Below are positions 12,987 to 25,235 of a stretch of 64,000 nt of DNA, in pieces. Source of the DNA: Takakia lepidozioides (Eukaryota; Plantae; Bryophyta); the NCBI GenBank assembly GCA_030704615.1, contig CM060731.1, positions 63,364,001 through 63,428,000 on the forward strand. Reading direction: 5' to 3'. The stretch's first letter is position 1. Every line of letters starts with the position of its first letter. Position numbers and translations under genes: made by a program. Under the pieces are notes generated by a model. The model searched no databases. It had not been told where the DNA came from and saw nothing but the letters and a program-made list of their open reading frames with translations.

Positions 12987-13104
12987 TGAAACTATTCAAA
13001 AACGAATGAAAATTGTGCTCACACGACAAACATTACGAAACTATTCGAAAACGAATGAAAACTGTGCTCGCACGATAAACGTTACGAAACCCTAAACCCT
13101 AAAC
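12987..13104 (+). repeat. minisatellite right part, ending in (AAACCCT)2
   Basis: Two further ~48-bp units followed by aaaccctaaaccctaaac. Confidence 0.75.
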
Positions 13105-13364
13105 AACACTGGTCATTTCCAGTGCCGGACTGGTATGTCCATTTTCTAATACCAGACTGGTACTGGTATGAAGGGTCCCACCCATTTTTACATATCAGGC
13201 TGGTATAGTTATCTATACAGGTATGAGCAACTTGGGTATGAATTTGGTATGAGTAGTTCCAGTGACGACATAGTCGGAACTGGTTGGCGATAATAGGCTC
13301 GCCCGTCGTCGGCGTTGGTTTCGTTACGGTGCCAATTTCCGAGGTATGTATGTCAAATCCGCGC

Positions 13365-13482
13365 ACTTGCATCCCAGAACATCTGAGCCTTGAAGCTAAG
13401 GACTTCATTTCTCTGTGTTTACGTGTGAAAAGCCTGAGGAACGACCAACAACATCAGAGCTTTTCGAGCATCCATTTGTGGC
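13365..13482 (+). pseudogene. protein kinase (MAPKKK/ANP-like) subdomain XI fragment
   Basis: IPEHLSLEAKDFISLCL / PEERPTTSELFEHPFV across a frameshift; no rest of the kinase domain nearby. Confidence 0.65.
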
Positions 13483-15008
13483 CAAGCACCCCCAACGCTG
13501 GAGGATGTCGTGTCTGTTGCCGGATCATCTGTTGCAGTACTTGAATCAGCCAAGCCCAAATTTATCACTAGACCACAGCCGCTCCAATATGTTAAGTGGA
13601 ATGAGATCCAATTGATGTGTGCTTGTGGACCTCTCAGCTTTTTCTGCCGATCCCCTTCTCCCTCTCTTTCTCTTTTCAAACTCCTTGTGGGTAGAGCACC
13701 ATTGATCTCTTCGATTCTCGTTGACTAGTCACTGGCTGGACATGGTCTGGAGGCAGGAATTGCACCCATGATGACACATTTGGGCATGTACCCTGCCATA
13801 CTCATTATCCCTGTATGTATAGAGTTCCAGCCTGCTGTGGTGTATTCCACATTCTTAAGTACTGCTCAAGTGTCAGGCTTTTGTTTTGCATATGCTGATG
13901 TGGTCATATCATATGTTTCTTAATCCACCTATGTCAATGTGTGCAACCTATGTTTGAAATCATCAGAGTTGACATTGACATGGGTCGGTATATAGTGTAT
14001 GGAGCACTCTTACTCAAGTTGCTTGCTTTCGTTCTGTAACAATCTTTTTGTGCTTCTCATCTGCTGAGGTTGATTAGGTGGGATCTTCAGCAGTTACACC
14101 TGTCTAATAGTCAAGGGGTATATTGATTAGCAGTTGCTTGGTTATAGTGACATTTGACAATGTGGAAACAGTATCAGTGCTCATACTCATGGTTGCCATG
14201 GTTTTCCAGATAGCTTTCTTAGTGGCATGTGGGCCAGATGGACCTCCAAGCAAATTCAAATTGCCCCAGCTTGTGAAAGCTTCTCCTGAAATAGATCCCA
14301 AGTGTTTATCACAATTTGCAATTGGTCAACAGAAGCCAAGTATCCAAGTGTCTGAAGATGGCAACATGAACATGCATGCGTTCCCTCGGAGAAAGTGGAT
14401 AGCCATTGTGGAGTTGATAGTGTGGTCGGCTATCTCATGGTTGTGCATTTTAGGATTGTGCAGCCTCGCACTACAGGAGCATGGGAGCCTTCATGACATG
14501 TGATCAAAGTGAGTTCCGTAACATTCCATTCTCTAGACAATCTGGTATTTATTGTTATTGTTGTGCCGGCTTATCTTTCTTTGATCTGACTGTTATTTGG
14601 ACTACTACAATCCACTATAATCCACTATTGTGACGCAGCCACAGCTTGAGAAGAAGAGGCGATACCCACTTCATCTATTCTTCCATGCAAGTTTGGCCTC
14701 AAATTTCTCTATGATAAGCAGAGGGAGCATTTCATCCGTTCAGAGGTTGTAAGGGTCGTATGCCCAATGCACTGGTGCCCTCTTGAAGCCTATAACAATA
14801 ATAAAAAAAAGCCTAGCCCTTTCAACAAGCTTCATGTCTTGCACCACTGCATATAGAGAAACATCACCAGTCATGTAGAAGCTCTTGGAACATTACTCAC
14901 TTGAGATTACAAGCACAATCGGCGTGTCTGTTTTTTTAGCCATGAAAAGAGTACCTTTAATGGCATCTATTTTCTGTACCTACTAATGACCAGTTCTTAC
15001 TAACTTCA

Positions 15009-15412
15009 TGCTTTTGGGCTGATTAGCACACCCCTTGGGACACTTATTTGTATTATCAAGAACCGTCGCGTGTGGGGGGACTTCCACTTCACAACCAAGT
15101 TTATCTCAAAGATTGTTGGGCGAGCAGTTGTTGTAAGGGATGCCAGCTGCTTTCACCATTTTCAAGGTGGGGGAGCAGCAAAAGGAATTTTCTCTTTGCC
15201 TCCACAGTGAGAAGCTGGCCATTGGTTTTGGGCTAATAAGCATAACACCTGGGACGCCTCTCCATCTCATCAAGAATCTTCGGGTGTGTGGTGACTGCCA
15301 TGCCTCCACCAAATTCATCTAAAAGATTGTTGACCGAGCAATTGTTGTACGGGACACTAACCGCTTTCACCATTTCGAAGATGGGGTTTGTTCTTGTGGG
15401 GATTACTGGTGA
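15009..15412 (+). pseudogene. two tandem DYW-domain fragments without PPR array
   Basis: 15009-15165: AFGLISTP...[19 protein letters not shown] (frameshifted); 15166-15412: [11 protein letters not shown]...CGDCH..TKFI*KIV...CSCGDYW with an in-frame TAA at 15320. Confidence 0.85.
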
Positions 15413-15862
15413 GAAGATGTTTTTCTGGAAAGGTGCGAGTGTCTTGCTTCATTCATTGATCTGTGCAGCTACTCAATTCATCCACCATTTCCTGAGAATA
15501 TTGACCGTGATGCACTGTTGAGGGCATTAATGTGTTGCATCCACAGGAAATTACCCAGCATAAGTGGTATCACAGCTCTGACTTTGTTTCAACAAAAACA
15601 CCAGTTGTATCCAACCAGTTCTCAATTTCTATACCTTGAAGCCACGTACAGTTGATCTCATTCCAAAAGCTCAAAGGAGGGAGCTGTCCACTTGATTATT
15701 TCAACAGGGAAAAATCAACTCTAGCGTAAGACACTCCTCTGCTCACCATCACAGGGATTCATGTCAGTTCAAGCCCAGTATAAACCTGACTATAACTCTA
15801 TTTACAGTTTGAACACTCTAGGTAGAGAAGGCATCACGTTCAGAACTCACCACTCATCTCTA

Positions 15863-15888
15863 AACACTATTTTAATTAATTTTTGACT
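15863..15888 (+). repeat. left terminal inverted repeat
   Basis: Reverse complement of 34699-34724 with 3 mismatches. Confidence 0.85.
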
Positions 15889-16279
15889 AAACTTAATATA
15901 TATTTGTATTAAAATTAATTGAAATATTAATAATATCATGGTGTAATGTGTGATTGAACTTTGTGAAATTTCAGATGATGTCATACTTGTTTCAAAATGT
16001 GTCATATAAGAGGTCCATTTGACATTGAAGTGCTCAATGTGAATTGGCAGTATTGAACAATTCATTGAACGTCCACTTGGAAGTCGAATAAAGTAAAATT
16101 CCATTGCAGGATCATGATAAACAAATGGGTCGCATCGAACATGGCCAAACTCGTACTCTACCATACTCGATACAACTTGCTAGTAATTTTATTGATTCAA
16201 GAATCTTCATATGAAGCACAATGTTCACATACCACACCATTGGAATGAATCATGTTTTGGATCTAACAAGGCAGTAAAA

Positions 16280-17990
16280 TATTAGAATAGCATGAAACAT
16301 TCGGAAGAGGTACAAGGGTAGTACAATAAGGTTTGGGGTGTAATTAGAGAGAAGTGTAATAAGGTTTGGGTTTACAGTAAGGGTAAGGGTTTAGGGTTTG
16401 GATTTAGGGTACAAAAAGATAAACAAATATGATGGACTCACATTCGGTAGAATTAAGAAATGGTTGAGGAATTTGCTATCCCTGTAATCATTCTATCATA
16501 CCTTATCCAACAAAAGAAAATATTAAAATAGCATGAAACATTGAGAAGCGGTAACATGGTAGTACAATAAGGTTTGGAGTGTAACTAGGGTAGTACACTA
16601 AAGTTATTGGTTTATGGTAAGATTAATGGTTTAGGGGTGATGGTAAAGGTAGGGTTTTCGGTTTGGGTTTAAGAACACTATTGGACAAACAAATATGGAA
16701 GACTCACAGTTGCTAGAACTTGGTGAGTGTTAGTAGGATAAATAAAATAAAATAAAATGGAGAAACAAATATTATGGAAGAGTCATTGGGCCGGAGAAGT
16801 ATTTAGATTGAGGATTCGTCTTGGAACCTGGTATTAAGATACATATGGTTATGGTATGGATACTTAATTCCCATTTGCAGGGGAAGGGTAAGGGTTTAGA
16901 CGTAACAATGGCGTAGGGTTTTGTTTAGGGTTCTCGACGAGGGTTTAGGGTTTGGGTTGAAGGCAGAAATGGTGAGCATACATGTCGGAAGACCCGCACT
17001 CGCTACAACTTAGTGTTGTTAGTAAGGTAGTAGTACGCAAAATAAAAATGAAGAACCTAATATTATGAAAGTGTAGTCATTGCATCGGACAAGTATTTAA
17101 ATAAAAGACTCGTCATTGGAACCTAGTATTAAGATACATAGAAAGCAAAGTTCGATAAAAAATGTAAGTGCATGTCAATCCAAACCAAAGGCAAAACCTT
17201 GCGCAAGGTGAAGGGCGAAGAGATTTGAATAACCATAAATAGTTATGGTTATGGTATGGATACTTCATTCCCAGTTGCAGGGGAAGGGTAAGGGTTTAGA
17301 CGTAACAATGGCGTAGGGTTTTCCTTAGGGTTTTCGACGAGGGTTTAGGGCTTGGGTTGAAGGCAGAAATGGTGAGCATACATGCCGGAAGACTCGCACT
17401 CGCTATAACTTAGTGTGTGTTAGTATGGTACAAAATGGAAATTTGTTTACATTGAAGAGATTTGGATAACTAAAATGGTTATGGTTATGGTATGGATAGT
17501 TGATTCTCATTTGCAAAGGGAAGGGAAAAGGTTATGGGGTATTGGGTTAAGAGTAAATGTTTAGGGTTTTCTAGTAAGGGTTTAGGGTAAGGGTTTAGGG
17601 TTTTTGTTTAAGTTACAAAATAGACAAACACTTATGGAAAACTCCAGACTTCGCTAGAACTTAGTGTTGTTAATAGGGTACTAGTAAGCAAAAAAAAATG
17701 AAGAACCTAATTATGGACAAGTATTTAAATGAAAGACTCGTCGTTGGAACCTGGACCTAGTATTAAGATGTAACATAGAAAGCAAATTGTAACATGCCTA
17801 AATGCATGTCAATCCAAAACAAAGGAAAAAGCTAGTGCAAATATGAAGGGAGAAGACATTTCAATAACCATAATGGTTATGGTTATGGCTACGGTTATGG
17901 TATGAATAGTTCATGGGCCATTTGCAGAAAAGGGTAAGGGTTAGGGGTAATGCTAACATGAAAAGCAAGGTATTATAAATCCTAAATCCT
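16280..17990 (+). repeat. subterminal array of degenerate duplicated blocks rich in telomere-like GGGTTTAGGG/GGTTAT motifs
   Basis: Near-identical blocks (e.g. ~16845-17030 vs ~17245-17430); TTTAGGG-type motifs near 16390, 16894, 16924, 16944, 17294, 17344, 17560-17600; A-run 17999-18024. Confidence 0.8.
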
Positions 17991-18758
17991 AAATTGCCAA
18001 AAAAAAAAAAAAAAAAAAAAAAAACATTATGAGATTTGGAAAGAAAATGGCGTTATATAACGACTTTTGGGAAGCGCCTGGATCTCATGGGAGAAAATGG
18101 ATCTGAAGAAGACATGAGAGAGGATAAAAAGTCAGACCACCAAATAAAAACTATGAGAAATAAAAATTGCTTAAAATTTGAACAACGGAAAAGGACATGT
18201 GAAATTCCCTCTTAAACCAGGGCCAAAGATGAGAAATATGAAAATGAAATGAAATGAAAATTTGGTGGAGAAAAGTCGTAGAGCTTAGAGGGAAAATGGA
18301 GGAAAACCTCAAAGAAAAAACTTCAGAACTGGCAAATTGAAAAATATGTCAACAACGATTGAGTAAGGCTCCTCCTAGTGGGAGACTTCAATGGGAGAAT
18401 TGGTTATGCGAAAAGCAAGTCCAATGTTTCAGAGAAGGACTAGAAATAGGCTATTTTCTTCCGTTGTTAAAAACCTCTTTGACCGAATTTGAAGTCTCCA
18501 GTGGTCGTGCCCGCCCATTTTGTTCTTGTGATCTATATGTTATGTAGGCGAAACTCTCCCACAGGGTATTTTTTGTTGACCAGGACGTACAGCAGGCCAA
18601 AATCCAGCAAACCAGAAACAAAGGACGAGAACGTCCACTGGACATTCGAGGTTCAGTGCGACATAAGAATATTGCAAAAATGATCCCCCGACGCAAACAA
18701 GAAGGGCCATATAAAGAAGAAAAATTTTATTTCTTAAATCGAAGTACTGGAGTTGACC

Positions 18759-21700
18759 TCAACAATATATCCTATTCCTTGTCGTATTTTTCCATGGAGG
18801 CATTGTCCACACAACATTGTTCACGTGGATCCATTGAGGAGGATCTGTCGAGTTATACTCCCAAAGTTTTGACCAGCAGTCCCTGTACCTTTCCAAGTCT
18901 GTTAGGTTACCACCTTTTCTCGGTCTCCACCACTCCACCTTCACCTTCTTAAAATTAGGATCATCTCTTTCGCGGATCACGTCAGATATTGCCACCCCCA
19001 TCTAGACCGGGCACGTACTTGGGTCATGAGGGCGAACGAGCACAAAGAACCATTTCTCAATATCCTTGAACGGATTCAAGGATATTCTTGGTCGCTCACA
19101 CCTCGGGCCACAGTAAGGTTCTAGGATTTCATCATTTTCTTCCACATCTGGCACTATATGTGGATGGATTCCATCTCTGTGATGATTCTTAGACCAATTT
19201 GTTTTCGGCCAGAATCCCTCAAGAAGCTGAATACGCTCGGGAGCTTCTGGAATTGGCTTATCCAGCTCGGCGAGAATATTTCCCCAGTACTGGTCGTATT
19301 GTTCCATTTGACCTTTGTAATGATCGTCAAGCATCAATCCTTTCGTCCAAAAATCCCTGTATTTTTTTATTCCATTCTTAATAAATGACTGTTTTTCGGA
19401 GGAGTCGCCCCCGACTCCCCAGATTGGTCTCATTGGAACGGCGTCTGGGTCTCCTTCAGGGAGCTTGGGAGTCCCGTCAGGATTGGACTTCCACATCTTC
19501 ACGTTATTGTTTGTTGGAAGCCAATCCGAATCAGTAGCGGACTTCTTGTACTTCATGACGGGCCAGCCCTCGGCATCATTAAAAAAACGGAAGACGTACA
19601 TCTCCGAAATCCCGACCAACGCCTCCTTTCCATCCAGAATACAGCCCTTGACAAATTCTTGAAGTCGGGAACCTCCTGAATAATCAACTACGGATCTTGC
19701 GAGGTCATGAATGACCTCATCAAATCCGAAAGAATGTAGGTGCTTCGTTCCTTCAGCTTCTTCGAAAGGTAGCTGAAGAACCCGTCGATGTCCTCATGGG
19801 TGTGTCCGACCATTAAGAACCCTAGTTGGATTTCTTCAAAAACATCTTTGGCGGTCAGGAGGGATACAAAAGCAAGCATCCATCTATTCTTATTGTCCTT
19901 CGCGGAGTTTTCCATTTGCAAGTACAGTCTTCTCGGAAGTGGACGAGCACCACGTTTGTCTTCCGGCCTACAGGGTTTCAGAGCATCCAAACATCTCGAT
20001 TTACCTCTTAAAAGTGATTCGAAAAACTCGTTTTGAAGTCGGTAATCGAAAATGTTCCTGGACTCGCGACAAGTTGGCTTCTCCAGCTGGCGAGCTTCCA
20101 ATGAGGGGTTTTTACAACCTGCAGAGTGGGCCCATGGTGGCCGAACAAGCAATGACAAAGGGGGCTCAAACAGTGTGCATTGCCGCAAAGAACCAATTGT
20201 AAAGTTTGAATTTCCCTTCCAGAACTCAAGAGAATACTGTCTGTAAGCTCCATCACTGTGTCCATGCGTGACCATTCCCGTTAGTGAAACTGGAAGCTGA
20301 CCCAATCCAGAAATCATCTTGTTTGGAGTCTTTAGCCTTGGAACAGCTGTTTTCCTATGATCCATTTTGTCGTGAATAATACAGAGAAACTCCTCCGGAA
20401 TCATAACAGACTCATTCCTCTAGCTATGGTACATTCTTCTGCACGACTCTTGGTGCCTCAAATGTTTATCAAGAGCTCATTTGTGTGTCACCTGTTCCGC
20501 ACTTCTCTTGACAGACTTTCTGATAAGGTCCTTTAATATCTCACACTCCGTGCACTTCGCAAATATACTCCCAGTTTTACGAACCTCCACGTTAGAAAAT
20601 ATCCGACGCCGGATGCGGCTAACAGCCAACTGCGAGACTCCTTCCAACCCGAATAGTCTGTTGGACTGTTACAATAAGGCAGGGTCAAGAAAGGAACGTC
20701 CACTGGACAGTGGAGGTTCAGGAAACTAGAACCACAGTCGAAAGAGACAAAATCAAGGGGATGATTATCCAAATTGAATCAGAAAAGACTTCCAGGAAAG
20801 AAATTGAAGAATGGAGATTTCATACCTCGTTGGACTCGTCTCGTATTCGCTTCCAGTTCATTTCAGGTGGTAAGACTCTCAAAGTATCCCTCCTTCCCTC
20901 CCTAATGCATCTTGTCTTATGGGGCATGAGGTCAATATTTCCGTTGATAATGGACATAATGTTACCCTATGCCTGAAGTGTCCTTGGGCGTGGCCTCTTC
21001 ACTCCACGGTTCCCATGGAGACTTGACAACCAACCCTGTTTACTCAACTTTTTGTACTCCATGTATGTGGACCTGCCAATTCCATGAATTTTTCACCAAG
21101 CAGTCTCACAAACATCCACACCCTCAATCGTAACGTATGCCCTGCGACAGGTCCCTTCCAGCATGTGAAGTCGTTTTGAAACATTTAGTCCGTGTTCTCT
21201 CCTCTCATCGACAGTGAATCCCCAAAACGAAGTACGGATAGCCAAGGTTTTTCGCCAATCAAAATATTGACAGTAGTGAAGTCTGCAGCAAGGTTTGCTG
21301 CTCACGGACCGGACTTCCTCCAGAGTAAGATTCTTCATTCTTTTTTTGGAGTGTTCCAAATCTCAATCCCTCTTCTTCCTCGTAAAATGCCGATACGCCG
21401 CTTTCTTCACACCCGCCTCGTGATCCTCGTACAAGATGCCGTCGGAGGATCTAATAAAATTCTCCACATCATTTGAGAGTAGTCTCCCACTTTCCAAAAA
21501 TCGTGTTTTTGTTAAAGGCCATTTTACAAGAGACATCAAAGATCCAGAACCTCCAGAAAGTATTCTGGTGACAAGAACTCCAACATCGTCCTTTCCCAGT
21601 TTGTCATTGAGGATCACCTTGTCCGGATTGCAGGCTTGAATCCTCCCCTCGAACAATGCACCCCCATCATCACCCAACAGTACGCACTGCAAGTTTCTCC

Positions 21701-22117
21701 AGTTGTTTCTTCCGAGTCCTCCCCTCGGATTCCCGGAACTCTTCGATGGTCTGTGGTTTGATTCATCCTCGTCGACGTCAGAATTCTCGGCAGTATCCCT
21801 TGTCTCTAGCATAAAATCAGGATTCATGTCAGGCCCTCCTTGATACTCGTTATTCTCCGCATGAACTTCGCCAACATTCCACACCACCGGGGTCCCAATT
21901 GCCTCCTTCAAGGTGTCAGCATCCATATGTCCATAAGGAAGAGGACATAATGAGTGTGCTTCATCATAGGAGATGAGAACCACTGAAATGGTTGATGAAG
22001 ATAATTGGTGTCCATGAAGGTCCCAACACCGGAGACATTAAGGCAGTCCCCAGTGGCTACTGGAGATGAAGACCCGGGAAGAGTAAGAAACACTCTTTGA
22101 CCCATCTCTAAGCTCAT
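18759..22117 (-). pseudogene. Sola1-like (DUF7869-type) DDD transposase, multi-exon, disrupted
   Basis: KPCC..YC..F...R.SFW...TIEGVDVCETAW; FAKCTECE; CIIHDKMD; LYLQMENSAKDNKN; FLMVGHTHEDIDGFFS; C-terminal FVLVRP...KVKVEWWRP; several stops and frameshifts; intron ~20667-20824. Confidence 0.8.
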
Positions 22118-22799
22118 GATCACCAGAACCTCCACTGCACACGTGAGGTTCAAGAAACTGAAAACCCCTCCGTGACGACCTTACTTACAGTAATAAGCAG
22201 TATGAGTTAAGATTATATTCAGAGATGAATCAATACAATAAAAGGAAATACACTCGCGTATGAACGTTTCAGAGAAGTAGAATAGAAATGGAATTACTGT
22301 CTGGTCTGGAACATGTCATATGAAGATTGTGTCTAACTATATAACCTCCACTGTACAGTGGAGGTTGGATGAGATAATAATGAAAAAAGTCGGATGGATG
22401 AATACTAGTGGATGAACATGGTTACGTGGATGAATAATGGTAATGACGGATGAATGTGAGCATTGACGCGACTGTCTAGTGGAGGTCCACAACTTGAGGT
22501 ATGACGAAATACAGAAATTGAAGAGTATTGGACTGTAACTTCTAAACATGCAGATGAGAAATAAGTAGATTTTCCTGTAGAGTATCGAAAACACACAGAT
22601 GTCATAACATTTTCTACGGGAGAAAATGCAGTTCACACGAGAGATTATGGAAATTCAGAGAGGTACACCTATGATGGCCACAGAGGTACAGGATGCTCAG
22701 AGAGGTGCACTATGGGAAGTGAGGTGGGAGATGACCAGAGAGGTGCGGGAAACACAATCTGCAAGTGAGAGATATGGAGATAGAAATTTGAACAGTTTG

Positions 22800-23390
22800 T
22801 ACTCAGACCTTATATAGAGGTGGAAACCAGATTGCCCGCTGGAACTCCTCCAATGGGATAGTGCAATAGATTGTCTTGCGGATCAATTTCCGTCGCCGCT
22901 GATATCCGATATGGCCACAATCGAACGGTTCTGGATGGTGCAGGAGTGCACTCTTTGACCGATTTCGGAAAAGAGTGTCATTTACTGGTAGATCCCTATG
23001 TAACAATTATGATGCCAGAACGATAACGGTGGTTCAATGGTTTCGCACTCGTGCTTATCAAGTAGTACGTATTTCACATTCAATGTTGTCCAAGTGGATG
23101 AAGGCCTGACGCCGATGACAAGCGTTTCATGAATTCGTGCAGCTATGACACTCGGCCGAGAATGCGGCAGGCGTAAATGAGTGACAGAGGAAATATTCCA
23201 AGCCTTAATCCGCCGAATGTAGACATGGTCAGGAGCAATAATTCCCAGCGGCAAAACGCCGCAGGAGGATCTGACTTGTACATTTCATTTATCGTCACGT
23301 GTGGGATGTGGGAAATATCACGTGGGGTTATAATTGATGATCTTGTGCAAAGGATCATTAACGTCATATTTTCTCGTTCATTCATCTGTT
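22800..23390 (-). pseudogene. degraded unknown cargo ORF within the transposon
   Basis: Coding-like composition and broken ORFs (22982-23254 and neighbours); no recognised motif. Confidence 0.3.
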
Positions 23391-24437
23391 TATTTATTCA
23401 TTTCATCTAATCATTCGTAAAATGGATGGACAGAATGGAAATGATGAATGGGATGATATTTGCATGGATGTTAGATGGAACACGCGCGACCGTTCGATTT
23501 CGAAAGGACGCAATGGTTCAGATCCTTTGCAACGGCACCATATAAGGGGTGTGGTCGTTCAGCCCACCCTTTCGCCACTCCATTGTGTACGCGGAAGCGC
23601 TGCGGAAGTAGTATGACCGACTAGCGCTAGAAAACAGAGAGTTTTGAAGGGGAGAGAGCGTGAAGAGCAGAGAGCGTGTTGTGCAGGGTTCCATGGGAGC
23701 TGAGAGAAGAGAGCGTGCAGTTCAGTGCAGCGTGAGAGTGCAGTGGAGGAAAGGAAGCATTCAGCGGAGTCAAGTGCAGACAGGAGACGGGAGGGAATGT
23801 TGATTTGCTTTTGTTTTTGTTTTGCTGCTGCTATTGTTGGTCAGCATCGCCCACGTCGCTGTTGGTTTGCTTCTCTTTCTCACTCACTTTCGTTCCAGAG
23901 GTTATAGAGCACCATTTGTTTCTTGCATGTCACGTTTCGTGAGTGTGTTGTCTTGTCTGTTGCGGAGCATCTCATTTCAATTCATGTGGTTCCAAAGCTG
24001 TTTCAATTAGTTTGAATTGATTAAAGCTGTTTAGGTGTTTCAATGCATTGCTGCTTCTCTGCTGGTGGTTTGCATGGTGGTTTGTAAGGGTGGTTGGTAT
24101 GGGTGGTTTGTGGTCCTGGTTTACTGGTGCTGCTGGATTATTAGGGTTATGGATTAGGGTTATGGCGGGTTAGGATCATGGTTTTTTGCGATTGTTTTTC
24201 CGAATTTCCGACATTTGAAAACGGGTTTTTCTTCGGGCCTAGGCTACTCTAGTAGACTAGTCTCCGTAGACCACTAGACCTCTAGTAGACCTCCATAAAC
24301 TCTGGCAGGACAAACCACACGAACCTCGCCTGCCCAGTGGAGGTTCCTACGTGTTTCTATGCCAAGGCACAACATGAGGATGTATTGAGATAGACTTATG
24401 TCGGTGCCTCCCCTGCGTTGATTTTTTGTTTTGTCAG

Positions 24438-25045
24438 TATAAAAAGAAGGGGCGTAGGGGTGCACACGGTGGCCAAAGATGGTTCTGAGACCGTCGTCGA
24501 CATCTGTAAGAGGCCAAGGAGACAGAATCCAGTAAGCATCAACGAAGCAGAAAACCAAGACGCATCACTGGTTGTATCGAAAACAAAAACCTTCCAGAAG
24601 AGATCTGAGAATGAAATATCAGATGTGGGCTCTGACGTGCGAACCTTCATAAATCCGGGCACTGACGAATCAATGTTCGAGGGACTTATTTGACGGGAGA
24701 CAACGGAAGAAACAGAGGAAGAGAAAGATGAAAGTGATGAGTGCAATCTTCAGTGTGATTCAGATAATGACATTTATGTAGGAGATAGTGAATAGTACCC
24801 GGGATCTGTCCTTCCGTCCACTCCCGGATACAGTCCTCACTCTCCTCAGTATGCAGTATCTGTCCTTGTAAATTCTCTAGAATATGTCCCTGCAGATTCT
24901 CCTCAGTACGTCCCTGGACATTCTCCAGAATACATCTCTGGAGATTCTCCGACATATACCCCTAGAGAGTACTCCCCTAAAACCTTGAGGATGATTCGAG
25001 AGACCTCCTCTAGTTATTATAGATATAAGAAAATGAAAAGATGAA
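24438..25045 (+). pseudogene. cargo exon: acidic stretch followed by Y/S/P-rich repeats (Pol II CTD-like)
   Basis: Frame of ORF 24418 continues through two stops to PGYSPHSPQY...EYVPADSPQYVPGHSPEYISGDSPTYTPREYSPK. Confidence 0.55.
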
Positions 25046-25235
25046 CCTCATCTTACAAAAGAATATCGAGTTCTTGTAGATATTGGGTATTCGTTATTCG
25101 AACAATTTTGAGACTGCATGATGTATTGAATGGCGAGACGAGCCTTCTCTGAATAAATGTTTTTTTCTTCTTATGAGTGATATCTTTTTTTCTCCTGAAT
25201 TGGATTCTTTTATCTGTCAGCTATGAGCATGTGAA

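Noticed and set aside
14123-14790. 126-aa ORF and exon-like pieces
   Set aside because: No recognisable domain or consistent spliced frame.
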